In this document: piece by piece, positions 9,990 through 20,115 of the stretch
Numbering within the stretch: position 1 is the first letter of the stretch
How the letters are laid out: every line of letters starts with the position of its first letter
Origin: a virus
Taxonomy: Duplodnaviria; Heunggongvirae; Uroviricota; Caudoviricetes
Direction: 5' to 3' (one strand)
DNA: 64,000 nt
Virus record (IMG/VR): IMGVR_UViG_3300025133_000019
Notes under the pieces: model-generated
Seen by the model: the letters and a program-made list of their open reading frames with translations, nothing else
What the model was told of the DNA's origin: nothing
Databases searched by the model: none
Made by a program: the position numbers and the translations under genes

Positions 9990-12191
9990 ATGAATTTAAA
10001 TACTTACTGTGCTGTTGTTAAAATATCCTTTGCTGAGCGTAATTACCACGTACTTCAATTAAGGTGCTTAGAAACTCAAGAGTATATTACCGCTAAAGGG
10101 ATAATTTCTGATCCTTGTATCGGTAACATTTATTATTTTGAGTTAGAGCCTAGACGAGCTACCTCTGAAAAAGAGGGCTCCTTCTTTACCATTAGAAGGT
10201 ACGATGTTCTCACTCGTAAACACCTAGAGGAAAATCCAGAGTTAGTAGATGTCTTTTTTGACAGCTTTTTGGAGAAGGAACACGTAAATTTCGTCACCGA
10301 GAAGATATTAGAGACTTATGGAACAGAAACTCCCGATATAATCCTATACCAAATAGAAAAATTGGATAAAGTCTTTGACGATTTGGGTTTGGATGAGAAC
10401 GTCAGGAGAACCTATATCACCAAATTCAAGATGGATTTTATAGGTCCTGCATCATGGGCATTACTCGACTCCATGATGGTAAAAGAAGATCGTTCTCACT
10501 TAGTCGTAGATAGATTTGAATACAACTTTTTCAAGGAACTAAAAAAGAATCCCTATATTTTGAGTATTCTTGGAGGAGTTCCTGTTAAGACAGTAGATAA
10601 TTTGGATATATCTGTAGATATACATCACGACAGTGACGACAGATTCTCCGGATTTATATGTAATTTTGCTGACAAAGAATCCTTTTTTAGAGGGCACATG
10701 TATGTAAAAGAGAAAGATCTGTTTATGTACATGAAGAACGCTTTTATTAAAGGGATTAGTAATCAAGGCGACTCCAGGACAAAGAGAACTTTAGACGATT
10801 TAGAAAACAAAGGTTATATAAGTAGAAGTACTATACAAGGTAGTAAAGTTTATTCCACAGAGTATGTTTACCATATCGAGGACACAATATCCAAGAAGTT
10901 GAGCTTCATGGTTAATAATCCAAGTTCTATTCAGTTTGATAAAGGCAAGATTCTGGAGCGTTTTAAGCTTTTGTATAGTATTGCCCCAACAGATTCACAA
11001 GAGTCCATTCTAGACACTGTGAACGACTCTGACGTACTTGTTTTAACAGGAAAAGCTGGTACAGGAAAGACTACAGCGGTGAATTTGGCTGTAAGCATGC
11101 TGGAGCAGTGCGGAACTCCTTACGCTCTACTCTCTACCACTGGTAAAGCTGCTAAGGTTTTGGCTAAGAGTACTGATAGACCTTCTAAAACGGTCCACTC
11201 TTATCTAGGGTTTACTGGATCTGGGTTTACTAAGACTGACCCGGAGGAGAGGTTTCTGGTAGTGGACGAAGCTAGTATGATGGATTCTTACCTAGCTTAC
11301 GGACTTTTGAAAACTATTGTACCAGGAACTAAGATTCTATTTGTGGGAGATAACAATCAATTGCCTCCTGTTGGTCCTGGCGGAATATTGGATGTTCTTT
11401 GTGACTTAAAGAAAGTTCCTATTGTTGAATTGGATATAGTACACAGACAAAGCCAGCAATCCGAGATCTTAAAACAAGCTCTACGAGTTCTGGGCAAAAG
11501 ATCTTATCAGGACATAAAAGATTCTCCGGATTACAAATATATTTGCAGTTCTGATCCTAAATATGTTCGAGAGAGTTTGTTACAGGTGCATAAGAAGACT
11601 GGTAAAGATTGTTTAGTTCTTAGTCCTATGCGAAAAGGGAGTTTTGGAGTAGTTTCTGTTAATAAATTTTTACAGTCGAAACTTAATAAGAATTCGCTGG
11701 ATGAGAATACTCCTTGGTTTAGGAATGATAATTACGAGTTTTTTGAGAAAGACAAAGTTATAATTATAAAGAATGACTGGAATTTAGGGGTTTGTAACGG
11801 AGACATAGGGACAATAGAATCAATTACTGAGGAGTATGTTTCTATTACGCTTGAGTCTGATGAAGTTAAGGTTATGACAATTAATAAGGCTAGCTATTCT
11901 TTGGAATTGGCGTACTGTCTTACTATTCATAAAAGTCAAGGCTCTGAGTATGACGTAGTGTGCGTGGTGCTCCAAAAAGATCATCAGAGAATGTTAAGTA
12001 CGAATCTAATTTATACCGCATTCACAAGGGCCTCTAAGAAATTGTTAGTCTTTTCTGACGAGTTTGCCCGGACATTCAGAACTAATGAGAGTGGCAAGAA
12101 AGTAGTAAAAAATTCTTGGGTGAGAGAATTATTTCCTGGATATTTGAAAACAGTTGCACAGGAAACAGGTAATGTGCTATTCTTAGGATAG
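9990..12191 (+). CDS. recD2: RecD2/TraA-like SF1B helicase
   Basis: Walker A GKAGTGKT; VVDEASM; VGDNNQLPPVGPG; HRQ; AYCLTIHKSQGSEY; LIYTAFTRA. Confidence 0.93.
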   Translation: MNLNTYCAVVKISFAERNYHVLQLRCLETQEYITAKGIISDPCIGNIYYFELEPRRATSEKEGSFFTIRRYDVLTRKHLEENPELVDVFFDSFLEKEHVNFVTEKILETYGTETPDIILYQIEKLDKVFDDLGLDENVRRTYITKFKMDFIGPASWALLDSMMVKEDRSHLVVDRFEYNFFKELKKNPYILSILGGVPVKTVDNLDISVDIHHDSDDRFSGFICNFADKESFFRGHMYVKEKDLFMYMKNAFIKGISNQGDSRTKRTLDDLENKGYISRSTIQGSKVYSTEYVYHIEDTISKKLSFMVNNPSSIQFDKGKILERFKLLYSIAPTDSQESILDTVNDSDVLVLTGKAGTGKTTAVNLAVSMLEQCGTPYALLSTTGKAAKVLAKSTDRPSKTVHSYLGFTGSGFTKTDPEERFLVVDEASMMDSYLAYGLLKTIVPGTKILFVGDNNQLPPVGPGGILDVLCDLKKVPIVELDIVHRQSQQSEILKQALRVLGKRSYQDIKDSPDYKYICSSDPKYVRESLLQVHKKTGKDCLVLSPMRKGSFGVVSVNKFLQSKLNKNSLDENTPWFRNDNYEFFEKDKVIIIKNDWNLGVCNGDIGTIESITEEYVSITLESDEVKVMTINKASYSLELAYCLTIHKSQGSEYDVVCVVLQKDHQRMLSTNLIYTAFTRASKKLLVFSDEFARTFRTNESGKKVVKNSWVRELFPGYLKTVAQETGNVLFLG

Positions 12192-12197
12192 TTAATT

Positions 12198-12935
12198 ATG
12201 TCAGACGTAAGTATTAATATACCCCATTTAGGTTTAGAGCATAGCTCTGATCATATAAATAAGGTGTTTATTGATCTAGTGCCTGTAAGGGACAAGATGT
12301 CTGTTTTGCTACTTTCGTTTAATTTTGTAGTTGATGAGTCTTCTAGGAGCATTAAAAACTACCAAACCGAGATGGCAGCTATAGTTGAGTGGCAGAAGTT
12401 GCTACAGCATTATGAACCTCAGATTAATAATATGGTAAAATCATTACAAGGGTTCAGAATTCTATTGAAGAATGAGTTGGAAACTGACGAGGCTAACATT
12501 AGAACAGATCCGAAGTTAGTTAATGCTTTAGGTGTAGGACAAATGACACATGTGGTCAGGAGTAGAACGGCTGAAGACAGGAAAAAGATGGCTATGCTTA
12601 ATAGTCACCTTTCAGTATGGGAAGCAGTTCTAGATAATTATTTGAAAAAGTCTAGAAATTTACAGCTTCAGTATACTAATATTGATAAGATGTTGAGGGT
12701 TATGGAACGCACTGGAGAGCTTGATGCTGATCCATACGAAATCATAAAAGAAAGCTCGGAACACTTGACAGAAAACATAAAAGATTTAGAAGAAAAATGT
12801 TTGCCAGGAGTTAACGATATTGATTTATTATCCGGACAGGGTAATAACGACAGGGACGTGAAAAATCCCGAAGAAGCATCCCCTGCGGGGGAGAAGAATA
12901 GTTTAGAAGATTTATTTGACAATTTAGAAAAGTAA
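12198..12935 (+). CDS. Coiled-coil protein, possible recombination mediator (UvsY-like position)
   Basis: Helical protein with acidic tail, located between the helicase and SSB/RecA. Confidence 0.3.
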   Translation: MSDVSINIPHLGLEHSSDHINKVFIDLVPVRDKMSVLLLSFNFVVDESSRSIKNYQTEMAAIVEWQKLLQHYEPQINNMVKSLQGFRILLKNELETDEANIRTDPKLVNALGVGQMTHVVRSRTAEDRKKMAMLNSHLSVWEAVLDNYLKKSRNLQLQYTNIDKMLRVMERTGELDADPYEIIKESSEHLTENIKDLEEKCLPGVNDIDLLSGQGNNDRDVKNPEEASPAGEKNSLEDLFDNLEK

Positions 12936-12995
12936 AGTCGTACCTTTATAGGTGAAAAGACTTGCATTTATTAATATTTAAGGAGAAAACCTATT

Positions 12996-13724
12996 ATGGC
13001 GTTCGAAGAAGTGTCGTGGGAAGAATCAATTACTTCCCAGTTATCAAAATATAAAGCTAAGGGAGACGAAGTTAGCGTCATCCATGTTATCGAGAAGTAT
13101 TCCAAAGGACTTGCTAAAGTTCATAGTTCTTTCGATCATAAGATCCAAAAATTCCATTGTTTGAGTACGGGAGACTCTGAAAAGCTCTGTTGCCAAGTTT
13201 TGGGCAGGCCAACACCTAGATTTTGTCTAGTAGTGGCTCAATTACAAACTAGGTCTAATGGCAAGCTTTTGAGTGAGCCTATTGATCCAGGCAAAGTGTA
13301 TTTTTGGGATATCCCTCTTGGAAAGAGAAATCAGATTTTCAAGGCTAAGGGAGAAGAATCTTTAGGAGATATTGATCTTAAGATTACTTGTAAAACCGAG
13401 AAAACTCAAGAGTTAGACATAGAGAAGCACGGTGATACTGTTTTTTATGATAAAAAGTATGCCGATGATCGAGAAGAGGCTTTAGAAGCTGCTGCTGAGA
13501 TCTTCGCTTCCATGGAAAAGATGGCTTTCTATAACTTCAACGAAGAGAAGATTAGAAGTATCTTTATTGAAAAAGGCTTGCTAGAAGGAGAAGTTTCTGG
13601 AGGGTTTAAGGCTGATGAGGAGGAAGAGGCTAGTCCTGTTAAAGAGACTGTTTCTACCCCTACCAAGTCTGCTACTCCATCAGAGGGAAACTCTTCTGAC
13701 TTAGAGGCTTTTTTAGATAACTAA
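12996..13724 (+). CDS. Phage-type single-stranded DNA-binding protein
   Basis: His/Cys cluster, acidic flexible tail ending LEAFLDN, directly upstream of recA. Confidence 0.6.
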   Translation: MAFEEVSWEESITSQLSKYKAKGDEVSVIHVIEKYSKGLAKVHSSFDHKIQKFHCLSTGDSEKLCCQVLGRPTPRFCLVVAQLQTRSNGKLLSEPIDPGKVYFWDIPLGKRNQIFKAKGEESLGDIDLKITCKTEKTQELDIEKHGDTVFYDKKYADDREEALEAAAEIFASMEKMAFYNFNEEKIRSIFIEKGLLEGEVSGGFKADEEEEASPVKETVSTPTKSATPSEGNSSDLEAFLDN

Positions 13725-13734
13725 ATTCAATACG

Positions 13735-13755
13735 GGGGAGCTTAATAGGCTCCCC
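13735..13755 (+). terminator. Hairpin between ssb and recA (weak terminator or processing site)
   Basis: GGGGAGC-TTAATAG-GCTCCCC with a short U tract. Confidence 0.5.
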
Positions 13756-13775
13756 TTACCTAAAACGGAGAATAT

Positions 13776-14882
13776 ATGGCGAAGAAAATTGCCAGTAAAC
13801 TAGGGCAGCTCATTGCAAAAAAGTTTTCGGGTCAGCTCAAAGATGTTTACGAAAAGGTAGAGTTTATACCTAGTGGCTCTATTATTTTAGATAAGGTTCT
13901 TGGAGGAGGATATCCTATCAAGAGAATTACTGAAATATATGGTCCCTATTCTTCCGGTAAAACTACGATGGCTTTAGAAGCTATCGCTAATTGCCAGAAG
14001 AGATTTGGAAAAGCAGCTATTTTTATGGATTACGAAAGAAGTTTTCATAGAGGCCATGCTGAATCCATTGGTGTTAATATAGATGAAAATTTGTATGTAA
14101 TTGAGCCTGATTACCTAGAACATGGCGAAGAGATATTGCAGGAAATTTTTAGTGATGACGAAATCTCTCAAGAGATTGGTATAATTGTGTTTGACTCAGT
14201 ATCTGCTATGCAACCTAAGTCTGTTGTTGAAGGAGAGGCAGAGTCCAAAACTATCGGTGCTCAAGCTAGGGAGTTAGCCAGATTTCTTTCTAAATACAGT
14301 AAATGGGTTTCTAAGCATAATATATGCACCATCGTACTGAATCAAGAGAGAACCAATATCAAGATGAGTATGTATGAAGCAGGACCCTCAACTTTATCAA
14401 GTGGGGGCAAGGCTTTACAGTTTTATAACAGCATTAAAGTGCATTTAAAGCAGGTGTCTTTCGAGGAATTTAATTGGACAAACCCTTTAACCGGGAAGTC
14501 TGAGAAGAAGAAGAAAACTAGTTTGATACGGGCAACTTGTATGAAGAATAAGGTTGCGGAGCCCTTTTTGAGAGGGGACATTGTGATGACCTTTGGTAAG
14601 GGAGTAGATGATGGTATGGCCATTATTAACATAGCTTTAGCTGATGGAAAGATCGAGCAAAACAAGGCTATGTACACCTTTACGGATTCCACGGGCGAAG
14701 AGATGAGGATAAGGGGTAAGGATAATGTTACCGCTTGGTTTAAGGAACGTCCCAAGGAATTTGAAGCTTTGGAAGCGTGGTTTAGAAACACTGGTCTATC
14801 CAGGGATGAAGAAGCCATGAAACAAACAGCAGCCTTAGAATCTAATATAGTTTTAGAAGACGATTTTAATGTACGAGAATGA
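13776..14882 (+). CDS. recA: RecA/UvsX recombinase
   Basis: LGGGYP; EIYGPYSSGKTT; IIVFDSV; NQER; GGKALQFY; KNKVAEPF. Confidence 0.96.
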   Translation: MAKKIASKLGQLIAKKFSGQLKDVYEKVEFIPSGSIILDKVLGGGYPIKRITEIYGPYSSGKTTMALEAIANCQKRFGKAAIFMDYERSFHRGHAESIGVNIDENLYVIEPDYLEHGEEILQEIFSDDEISQEIGIIVFDSVSAMQPKSVVEGEAESKTIGAQARELARFLSKYSKWVSKHNICTIVLNQERTNIKMSMYEAGPSTLSSGGKALQFYNSIKVHLKQVSFEEFNWTNPLTGKSEKKKKTSLIRATCMKNKVAEPFLRGDIVMTFGKGVDDGMAIINIALADGKIEQNKAMYTFTDSTGEEMRIRGKDNVTAWFKERPKEFEALEAWFRNTGLSRDEEAMKQTAALESNIVLEDDFNVRE

Positions 14883-16189
14883 TAACTGTAACAATTAAAA
14901 ACTTTCAGCTAGTCAAGAATATTAGCTTTGTTATAGACGGATTTACCTCAATTCAGGGACCATCTGATCGAGGTAAATCTGCTATAATTAGAGCTATCTC
15001 CCACGCTCTCAAAAATGATAGCGGGGACTCTTTTATTAGGCATGACAGCGATTTGTGTGAAGTAGAGTTTATTTTCCATAGTGATGATTTAAAGTTCAGG
15101 TGGGTTAAGAGAAGGGGTTCGGGAGGCTACTATATTCTTAATGATGACGTAGAGAACCCGTTTGATAAGCTCAATGGTCAAGTACCTGAATTTATAGAGG
15201 ATATGGCGGGGATAAGCGCCGTGTCTGTTAAAAACGGTGCTAAGCAAGACAGGTACTATCCTCAGGTTTGTGACAACCAACATGATATATTATTCCTGGT
15301 CTGTGACTCTGATCCTGTTAAAACAGAGCTTATAGCAGATTTGGCTGAAGTCACTAAAATGACCAAGGCTTTACGAGCTTTAAAGAAGGATACTAAATCT
15401 AAGAATTCCGAGTGTAGCACAAGAAAGAAGGATTTGGCCAAAATACTGGTCAAGTGGGATAAGATAAAAGATGTAGATATCGAAGAGTCCTACAAAATTG
15501 TCAAAGAGTCTTTGGATAATATTGATTGCCTTGAAAACAGGCATTCTTCTTTAGAAATTTTGTCTTCCAAATTTAAAGAGGCGGATAAAAACATAAGATG
15601 CCTTAGTGACATACCTGATTTGGATTCTAAGGATTTTCTAGCCGTTGACGTAAGGTTGATAGAGAGCCTGTTTCTGCTGTCAGAAGCCTATAAAGGGGTT
15701 TCTTCTATAAGAGAGACCCTATCAAATATACCAGAAATTGAGCTTGATAAGGCTATACAAGAGAAGTTCGGCACTTTGAAAGACCTGGACTTTTTAAATA
15801 ACAGGCTGAACAAAATAAAATGGCTCTTAGGAATAGACATTCCTCAGGAGCTGAAGTTTGATTTGGAAGAGAGCGTTAAGACTCTAAGGAGCTGGTCGGA
15901 CCTTTCTGTAAAATATTCTGTTGTTAGAGACAAGACTTCTAGTTTAAAGGGAATAAAGTCTGTGAAGTATTCCGAAATGGAGAAAGAGTCTCTTGGTCTG
16001 GATAAGTTGGAGGGATTAGTAGATCTGTCCACTAGACATAAAGATTTTAACAAGAAGAAACTAGAGTTGTTGTCCGAGATTAATTCTCAGGAATCGGAAA
16101 TGTTGGGGGTATCGAGTGACCTAGGAGACTTTCCTGAGTGTCCTACTTGTGAACGTCCGTTTGAGGGTAAAGTTCATAGCCATGCATAA
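14879..16189 (+). CDS. sbcC: SbcC/Rad50 N-terminal half (Walker A, coiled coil, Zn hook)
   Basis: GPSDRGKSAIIRA near the N-terminus; ends with CPTC hook; no Walker B. Confidence 0.85.
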   Translation: MITVTIKNFQLVKNISFVIDGFTSIQGPSDRGKSAIIRAISHALKNDSGDSFIRHDSDLCEVEFIFHSDDLKFRWVKRRGSGGYYILNDDVENPFDKLNGQVPEFIEDMAGISAVSVKNGAKQDRYYPQVCDNQHDILFLVCDSDPVKTELIADLAEVTKMTKALRALKKDTKSKNSECSTRKKDLAKILVKWDKIKDVDIEESYKIVKESLDNIDCLENRHSSLEILSSKFKEADKNIRCLSDIPDLDSKDFLAVDVRLIESLFLLSEAYKGVSSIRETLSNIPEIELDKAIQEKFGTLKDLDFLNNRLNKIKWLLGIDIPQELKFDLEESVKTLRSWSDLSVKYSVVRDKTSSLKGIKSVKYSEMEKESLGLDKLEGLVDLSTRHKDFNKKKLELLSEINSQESEMLGVSSDLGDFPECPTCERPFEGKVHSHA

Positions 16190-17192
16190 AGTTAACGAAA
16201 TAGTAAGAGAGATAGATTCTCCTTTTAAACTTATCAATATTATTGACCCGCATTTATCGGATAGAAGTCCTGGGTACAGGTGCGATGATTACACAGAAGC
16301 TGCTTGGGGCAAGCTAGATCAAATAAGGGTGATAGCCCACAAACGTAAAATAGATTTGCTTACGTTAACTGGGGATTTGTTTTCGGATAGACGGAAAGAT
16401 AAAAATTCTCACAAATTAACTGGCAGTTTCATAGAGTGTTTGGTAAAATTTGATTGTGAGGTAGCTAGTATACTAGGGAACCACGACTTGTGTTATAACC
16501 GATTTGATTCTTGGCCTGAACAGCCGGTTAGTGGCTTGATAAAAGGTGGCTCTCTATCTTTATTAGACTTTGGTGATTTCGTATATATATTCAAAGATAC
16601 TGGGAAGAAAATTAGGGTAAGAGGTAGATCTTACCACGAAAAGAGTAATATAGATCATTTGTATGAGCCACGAGGCGATGAAGACCTGTTAATTCAAGTT
16701 ACCCATTCCTCTATTGATCCTAAAGGTGGATTTTATGGTAAGTACTCCGAAGAAATTCATTCTTACGAATCAGTACTTGATTCGAGTCCAGATATATTTT
16801 TATTGGGGCATATACACTCTCCTGTGGGCATAACCGAACTCGGTGGCAAGCACTTTTTTCAGCACGGGTCTTTAATGAGATCTTCCACTCATGACTATAA
16901 TCTAGAAAGGGGCATAAACGTAGGGTATTTAGAGATTAGTTCTGATCTGAAAGTTAAAACAGAGCAAATTCCCTTGGATATAAAGCCAAGTCACGAGATT
17001 TTTGACTTAGAGAAAAAAGAGTCCCTAGAAAGGGCAGCACAGCTAAAAGAAGAATTCTTTGCTAGAATAGATGAAGTTCGGGAAAACAGGACCAAAACCA
17101 TATCTATAGAGTCTATTTTAGAGAAAGTGAAAGACAAAGATGTGGAGAGGTTGAGAACTATAATAGAGCATTATATTGATAATGTGCAGTAA
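16149..17192 (+). CDS. sbcD: SbcD/Mre11 nuclease
   Basis: DPH, TGDLF, LGNHD, THS, LGHIH metallophosphoesterase motifs; GSLMR; true start probably MHKV at about 16182. Confidence 0.88.
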   Translation: MNVRLRVKFIAMHKVNEIVREIDSPFKLINIIDPHLSDRSPGYRCDDYTEAAWGKLDQIRVIAHKRKIDLLTLTGDLFSDRRKDKNSHKLTGSFIECLVKFDCEVASILGNHDLCYNRFDSWPEQPVSGLIKGGSLSLLDFGDFVYIFKDTGKKIRVRGRSYHEKSNIDHLYEPRGDEDLLIQVTHSSIDPKGGFYGKYSEEIHSYESVLDSSPDIFLLGHIHSPVGITELGGKHFFQHGSLMRSSTHDYNLERGINVGYLEISSDLKVKTEQIPLDIKPSHEIFDLEKKESLERAAQLKEEFFARIDEVRENRTKTISIESILEKVKDKDVERLRTIIEHYIDNVQ

Positions 17193-17194
17193 TT

Positions 17195-18049
17195 ATGCCA
17201 ATAAAAGTAACTGCGGAAACACACAGAGTCTTCAAGTCTTGTAAGAAGAGATACGAGTTTGACTATCTTGTAAGTAAAGATAATACCTGTCCTGGTATTT
17301 TTTCTGTCTTTTATCGCTGTAGAAATAATGCCTTTATAAAAACGTTCCGTGATATTTCCAGTAGATGTTTAACAGTTGACGGGTTGCTAGAACATAATAC
17401 TGCTAGAGTATATCCGGTATTCCGAGAGAACCTGGAGTCGGAAATAGTCCTTCTAAAAGCCAGTTTTAATGGCGAAAACAGGGATCAAGCAGACGATTTT
17501 TTTGAGGAGTCCTGGAAGTTCTTGCTAGAAAAGATCAAAGTTTTAGGTAAGTATAAAATTACACCTCGCCCCGAAAACCCAATTCCGATAAATTATGGTA
17601 AAGGGTATGAATTAGAGATGGACTCGGACTTGATTTTAGAGAAGGATGATGTTAGTATAGTGGTTTATATTCCTACAAAAAAATCAGAAAGGAAGAGCGA
17701 GACTCTCACTAAGCTGGATTTTATGATGTATACTTACGGTTTGTCTAGAAAAGATTTTAGTAATATAAGAGGTGTATTTATTAATGTATCGTCTCAAGAG
17801 TCTAAGGTTTTAGACGTTCAGAGGTGCAATTCTGAGTCTATAAAGAAATTTAAACCTATTATTATAGATATGATTAAATCTATTGACTCAGGGCGTTTAG
17901 ACCCTAAACCTAAGAGTTCGGTGTGCGGAGCTTGTAATTCTTCTGAGATTTGTCCGGCATACAGAACAAAGTTTCCAGATAGAAGAAGTATAGCTGAGAT
18001 GGAAAAATCCATTATTTCCAGCGGTATAACAGAAATGGAGTGGCAATGA
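17195..18049 (+). CDS. Cas4/AddB-like Fe-S PD-(D/E)xK protein with degenerate active site
   Basis: N-terminal Cys (FKSCKKRY) plus C-terminal CGAC...C; expected DxK replaced by YIP. Confidence 0.65.
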   Translation: MPIKVTAETHRVFKSCKKRYEFDYLVSKDNTCPGIFSVFYRCRNNAFIKTFRDISSRCLTVDGLLEHNTARVYPVFRENLESEIVLLKASFNGENRDQADDFFEESWKFLLEKIKVLGKYKITPRPENPIPINYGKGYELEMDSDLILEKDDVSIVVYIPTKKSERKSETLTKLDFMMYTYGLSRKDFSNIRGVFINVSSQESKVLDVQRCNSESIKKFKPIIIDMIKSIDSGRLDPKPKSSVCGACNSSEICPAYRTKFPDRRSIAEMEKSIISSGITEMEWQ

Positions 18050-18333
18050 AGGAAAAAGTCGAAAAATTAGCAGTAAAGTACGGAGAGCTGAAGGATAGAG
18101 AGAACTCTTTGTCGTCAGACATTAAATATTTGAAGTCAAAGTTGGCTGATGCGGAGAAGGAAGAAAAACAGATTGTCTCTGAGATGAAGGATCATGGAGT
18201 CACTCCTAAGAATATAGACAGTAAAATTGAAGATCTTTTTAAGGAAGCTGGCGTAGAAATCATGAATTTTTCAAAGGAACTGGAAAAAGCAGAGAGTCAA
18301 GTAGATACAATTAAAGAAGAGCTTGAAAAATAA
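18040..18333 (+). CDS. Short coiled-coil protein (possible SbcC middle segment)
   Basis: 97 aa with heptad pattern, lies between the two SbcC halves. Confidence 0.4.
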   Translation: MAMKEKVEKLAVKYGELKDRENSLSSDIKYLKSKLADAEKEEKQIVSEMKDHGVTPKNIDSKIEDLFKEAGVEIMNFSKELEKAESQVDTIKEELEK

Positions 18334-19465
18334 GATGAAAATTAGCAGAGATGATCTACATTTACTCCTCAAATCAGCAAGCTCTGGTTTAGGGGATTCT
18401 CCGATGTATCCCATACTATCCAACTTTAATATTCAGAAAACGGGTCCAAAATTAATAGCTAAGAGTACTAATATAAATATTTATGTATTCTGTTCTATTA
18501 AGAATCCTGACTTTGAGAAGTATGAGGATTTTAGTATTTTGGTGGACGGGAAAAAATTGTTAGGCTTCCTTACTACCAGAAAGGATAAGGAGTTTGATTT
18601 CGTAATTGAGAATAACACTCTCTCAATAAAATCGGAGTCCATTTCTGCCTTATTTCCTTTGGATGCAATGGATAATATGTATCCAGAGTTTCCTCCGTTA
18701 TCAGGATTAGAGAAAATGGGCACTCTTTCTAGGCAACGGCTAATTGATGGACTGTCATTTATACAGACATACTTAAAAGAAGAGTCGTCCTCTTCAAAGG
18801 AGACTATTTTAGAGGTGAGGTCTTCTTGTGTGATCGGGGGCTCTCCGTCTGCAATGGGAGTTTGGAAAGATAATGAGTTGGGCATAGATCTCAAATTGGG
18901 TAGTATAGAGAATAAAAAAATTGTTTCCTTTCTATCCAGCTTTTTTGATGATGAAGTTGGCATTTACTCTTCTTCTAATCATTGGTTTTTTAAAATAGGA
19001 GGCTCCAATTTCGTGTCGTGCGAAAAATTGGCCGAAGAAACTAAGGTCCCAAAAATAGAAGGGTTTATGGATAAGATAACTCCGAGTGTAAAACTCCTTT
19101 TCAACAAGAAAGAGCTATTTGCTGCGGTCAAGTCTTTAAAGCATACTATAGACTCCACTATTACGGAGATGAGGCTGAGAATAGGGTATTCTGATTGTAA
19201 AAAAGGTCTCCAAGTTATCTTTGGAAATAGTTCCAGGAACGTTTCTGTGTCGGAAGTAGAGGCTAGCATAGATCCCGAGAGTGATGAAACTGAAATATCT
19301 GTTAGACTAGACCATAAAATCTTTTCAGAAGCCCTTAAAAATTATAAGGAAGACCAAGTTAGGATGGAAGTCTACAGGACTAAATCTCTGGCTTATTTTG
19401 TTGAGGAAGACGTTGAGAACGGATCGAAGGCCGAGATAATTATGCAGGTTAGGGATATAACATGA
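18323..19465 (+). CDS. dnaN: DNA polymerase III beta sliding clamp
   Basis: 380 aa; N-terminus 'ISRDDLHLLL...YPILSNFNI...LIAKSTN'; three-domain length; 'ISVRLDHKIFSEAL'. Confidence 0.82.
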   Translation: MKNKMKISRDDLHLLLKSASSGLGDSPMYPILSNFNIQKTGPKLIAKSTNINIYVFCSIKNPDFEKYEDFSILVDGKKLLGFLTTRKDKEFDFVIENNTLSIKSESISALFPLDAMDNMYPEFPPLSGLEKMGTLSRQRLIDGLSFIQTYLKEESSSSKETILEVRSSCVIGGSPSAMGVWKDNELGIDLKLGSIENKKIVSFLSSFFDDEVGIYSSSNHWFFKIGGSNFVSCEKLAEETKVPKIEGFMDKITPSVKLLFNKKELFAAVKSLKHTIDSTITEMRLRIGYSDCKKGLQVIFGNSSRNVSVSEVEASIDPESDETEISVRLDHKIFSEALKNYKEDQVRMEVYRTKSLAYFVEEDVENGSKAEIIMQVRDIT

Positions 19466-20115
19466 TCTCTACAGCAGAAGTCAAAGGAGAGTTTGATACT
19501 TTTCGTTCTAGATACGAGAAGGTTTCTGGTATGTTAGAGCTGTTTAAAAGAGACAAAGAAACTCTTGAACTAGCTGTTTCGTCCTTACAAGACGAGGTAG
19601 ACTATCTAAGTCATGCTGCTATTATACTAGAGAAATTTATTAGAGACTCTAACGAGGAGGCTCTCCAAGAATTGCAGGAGACGCTGAATACCGGAATAAA
19701 ACTGAATTTCCCGGACTTTGAATCTGAGCTAGATATTGACTATAAAGTCACACCAAGCACACAAAGGATAATTTTCAGGTTCAAAAAGGGCGAGTTTTTT
19801 GAAGAAGTTAAAGGGGCTCAATCTGGAGGAATGATAGAGGTTGTAGCGTTTTTAAGTAGGATAGTATTTACTGTCCAAAAGAATTGGAGAAGAGCCTTGT
19901 TTTTAGACGAAGCTTTTAGCGGAGTGTCTGAAAATGCGGAATATTGCCAGCTAACTTCCTCTCTTTTAGCTACGGTTGCAGAGAAACAGGGCTTTGATAT
20001 ATTAATTAATACACATAAAGCGGATCTTGCCGAATTAGCTACTACTCGCTATAAAATAGGCAAAGAAATTCCTGACGAAGGGTTATCATACACAACCCTA
20101 GAGAGAGTACTGTAG
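19462..20115 (+). CDS. sbcC: SbcC/Rad50 C-terminal half (signature, Walker B, H-loop)
   Basis: AQSGG signature; LFLDEAFSGVS; INTHK; no Walker A. Confidence 0.85.
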   Translation: MISTAEVKGEFDTFRSRYEKVSGMLELFKRDKETLELAVSSLQDEVDYLSHAAIILEKFIRDSNEEALQELQETLNTGIKLNFPDFESELDIDYKVTPSTQRIIFRFKKGEFFEEVKGAQSGGMIEVVAFLSRIVFTVQKNWRRALFLDEAFSGVSENAEYCQLTSSLLATVAEKQGFDILINTHKADLAELATTRYKIGKEIPDEGLSYTTLERVL

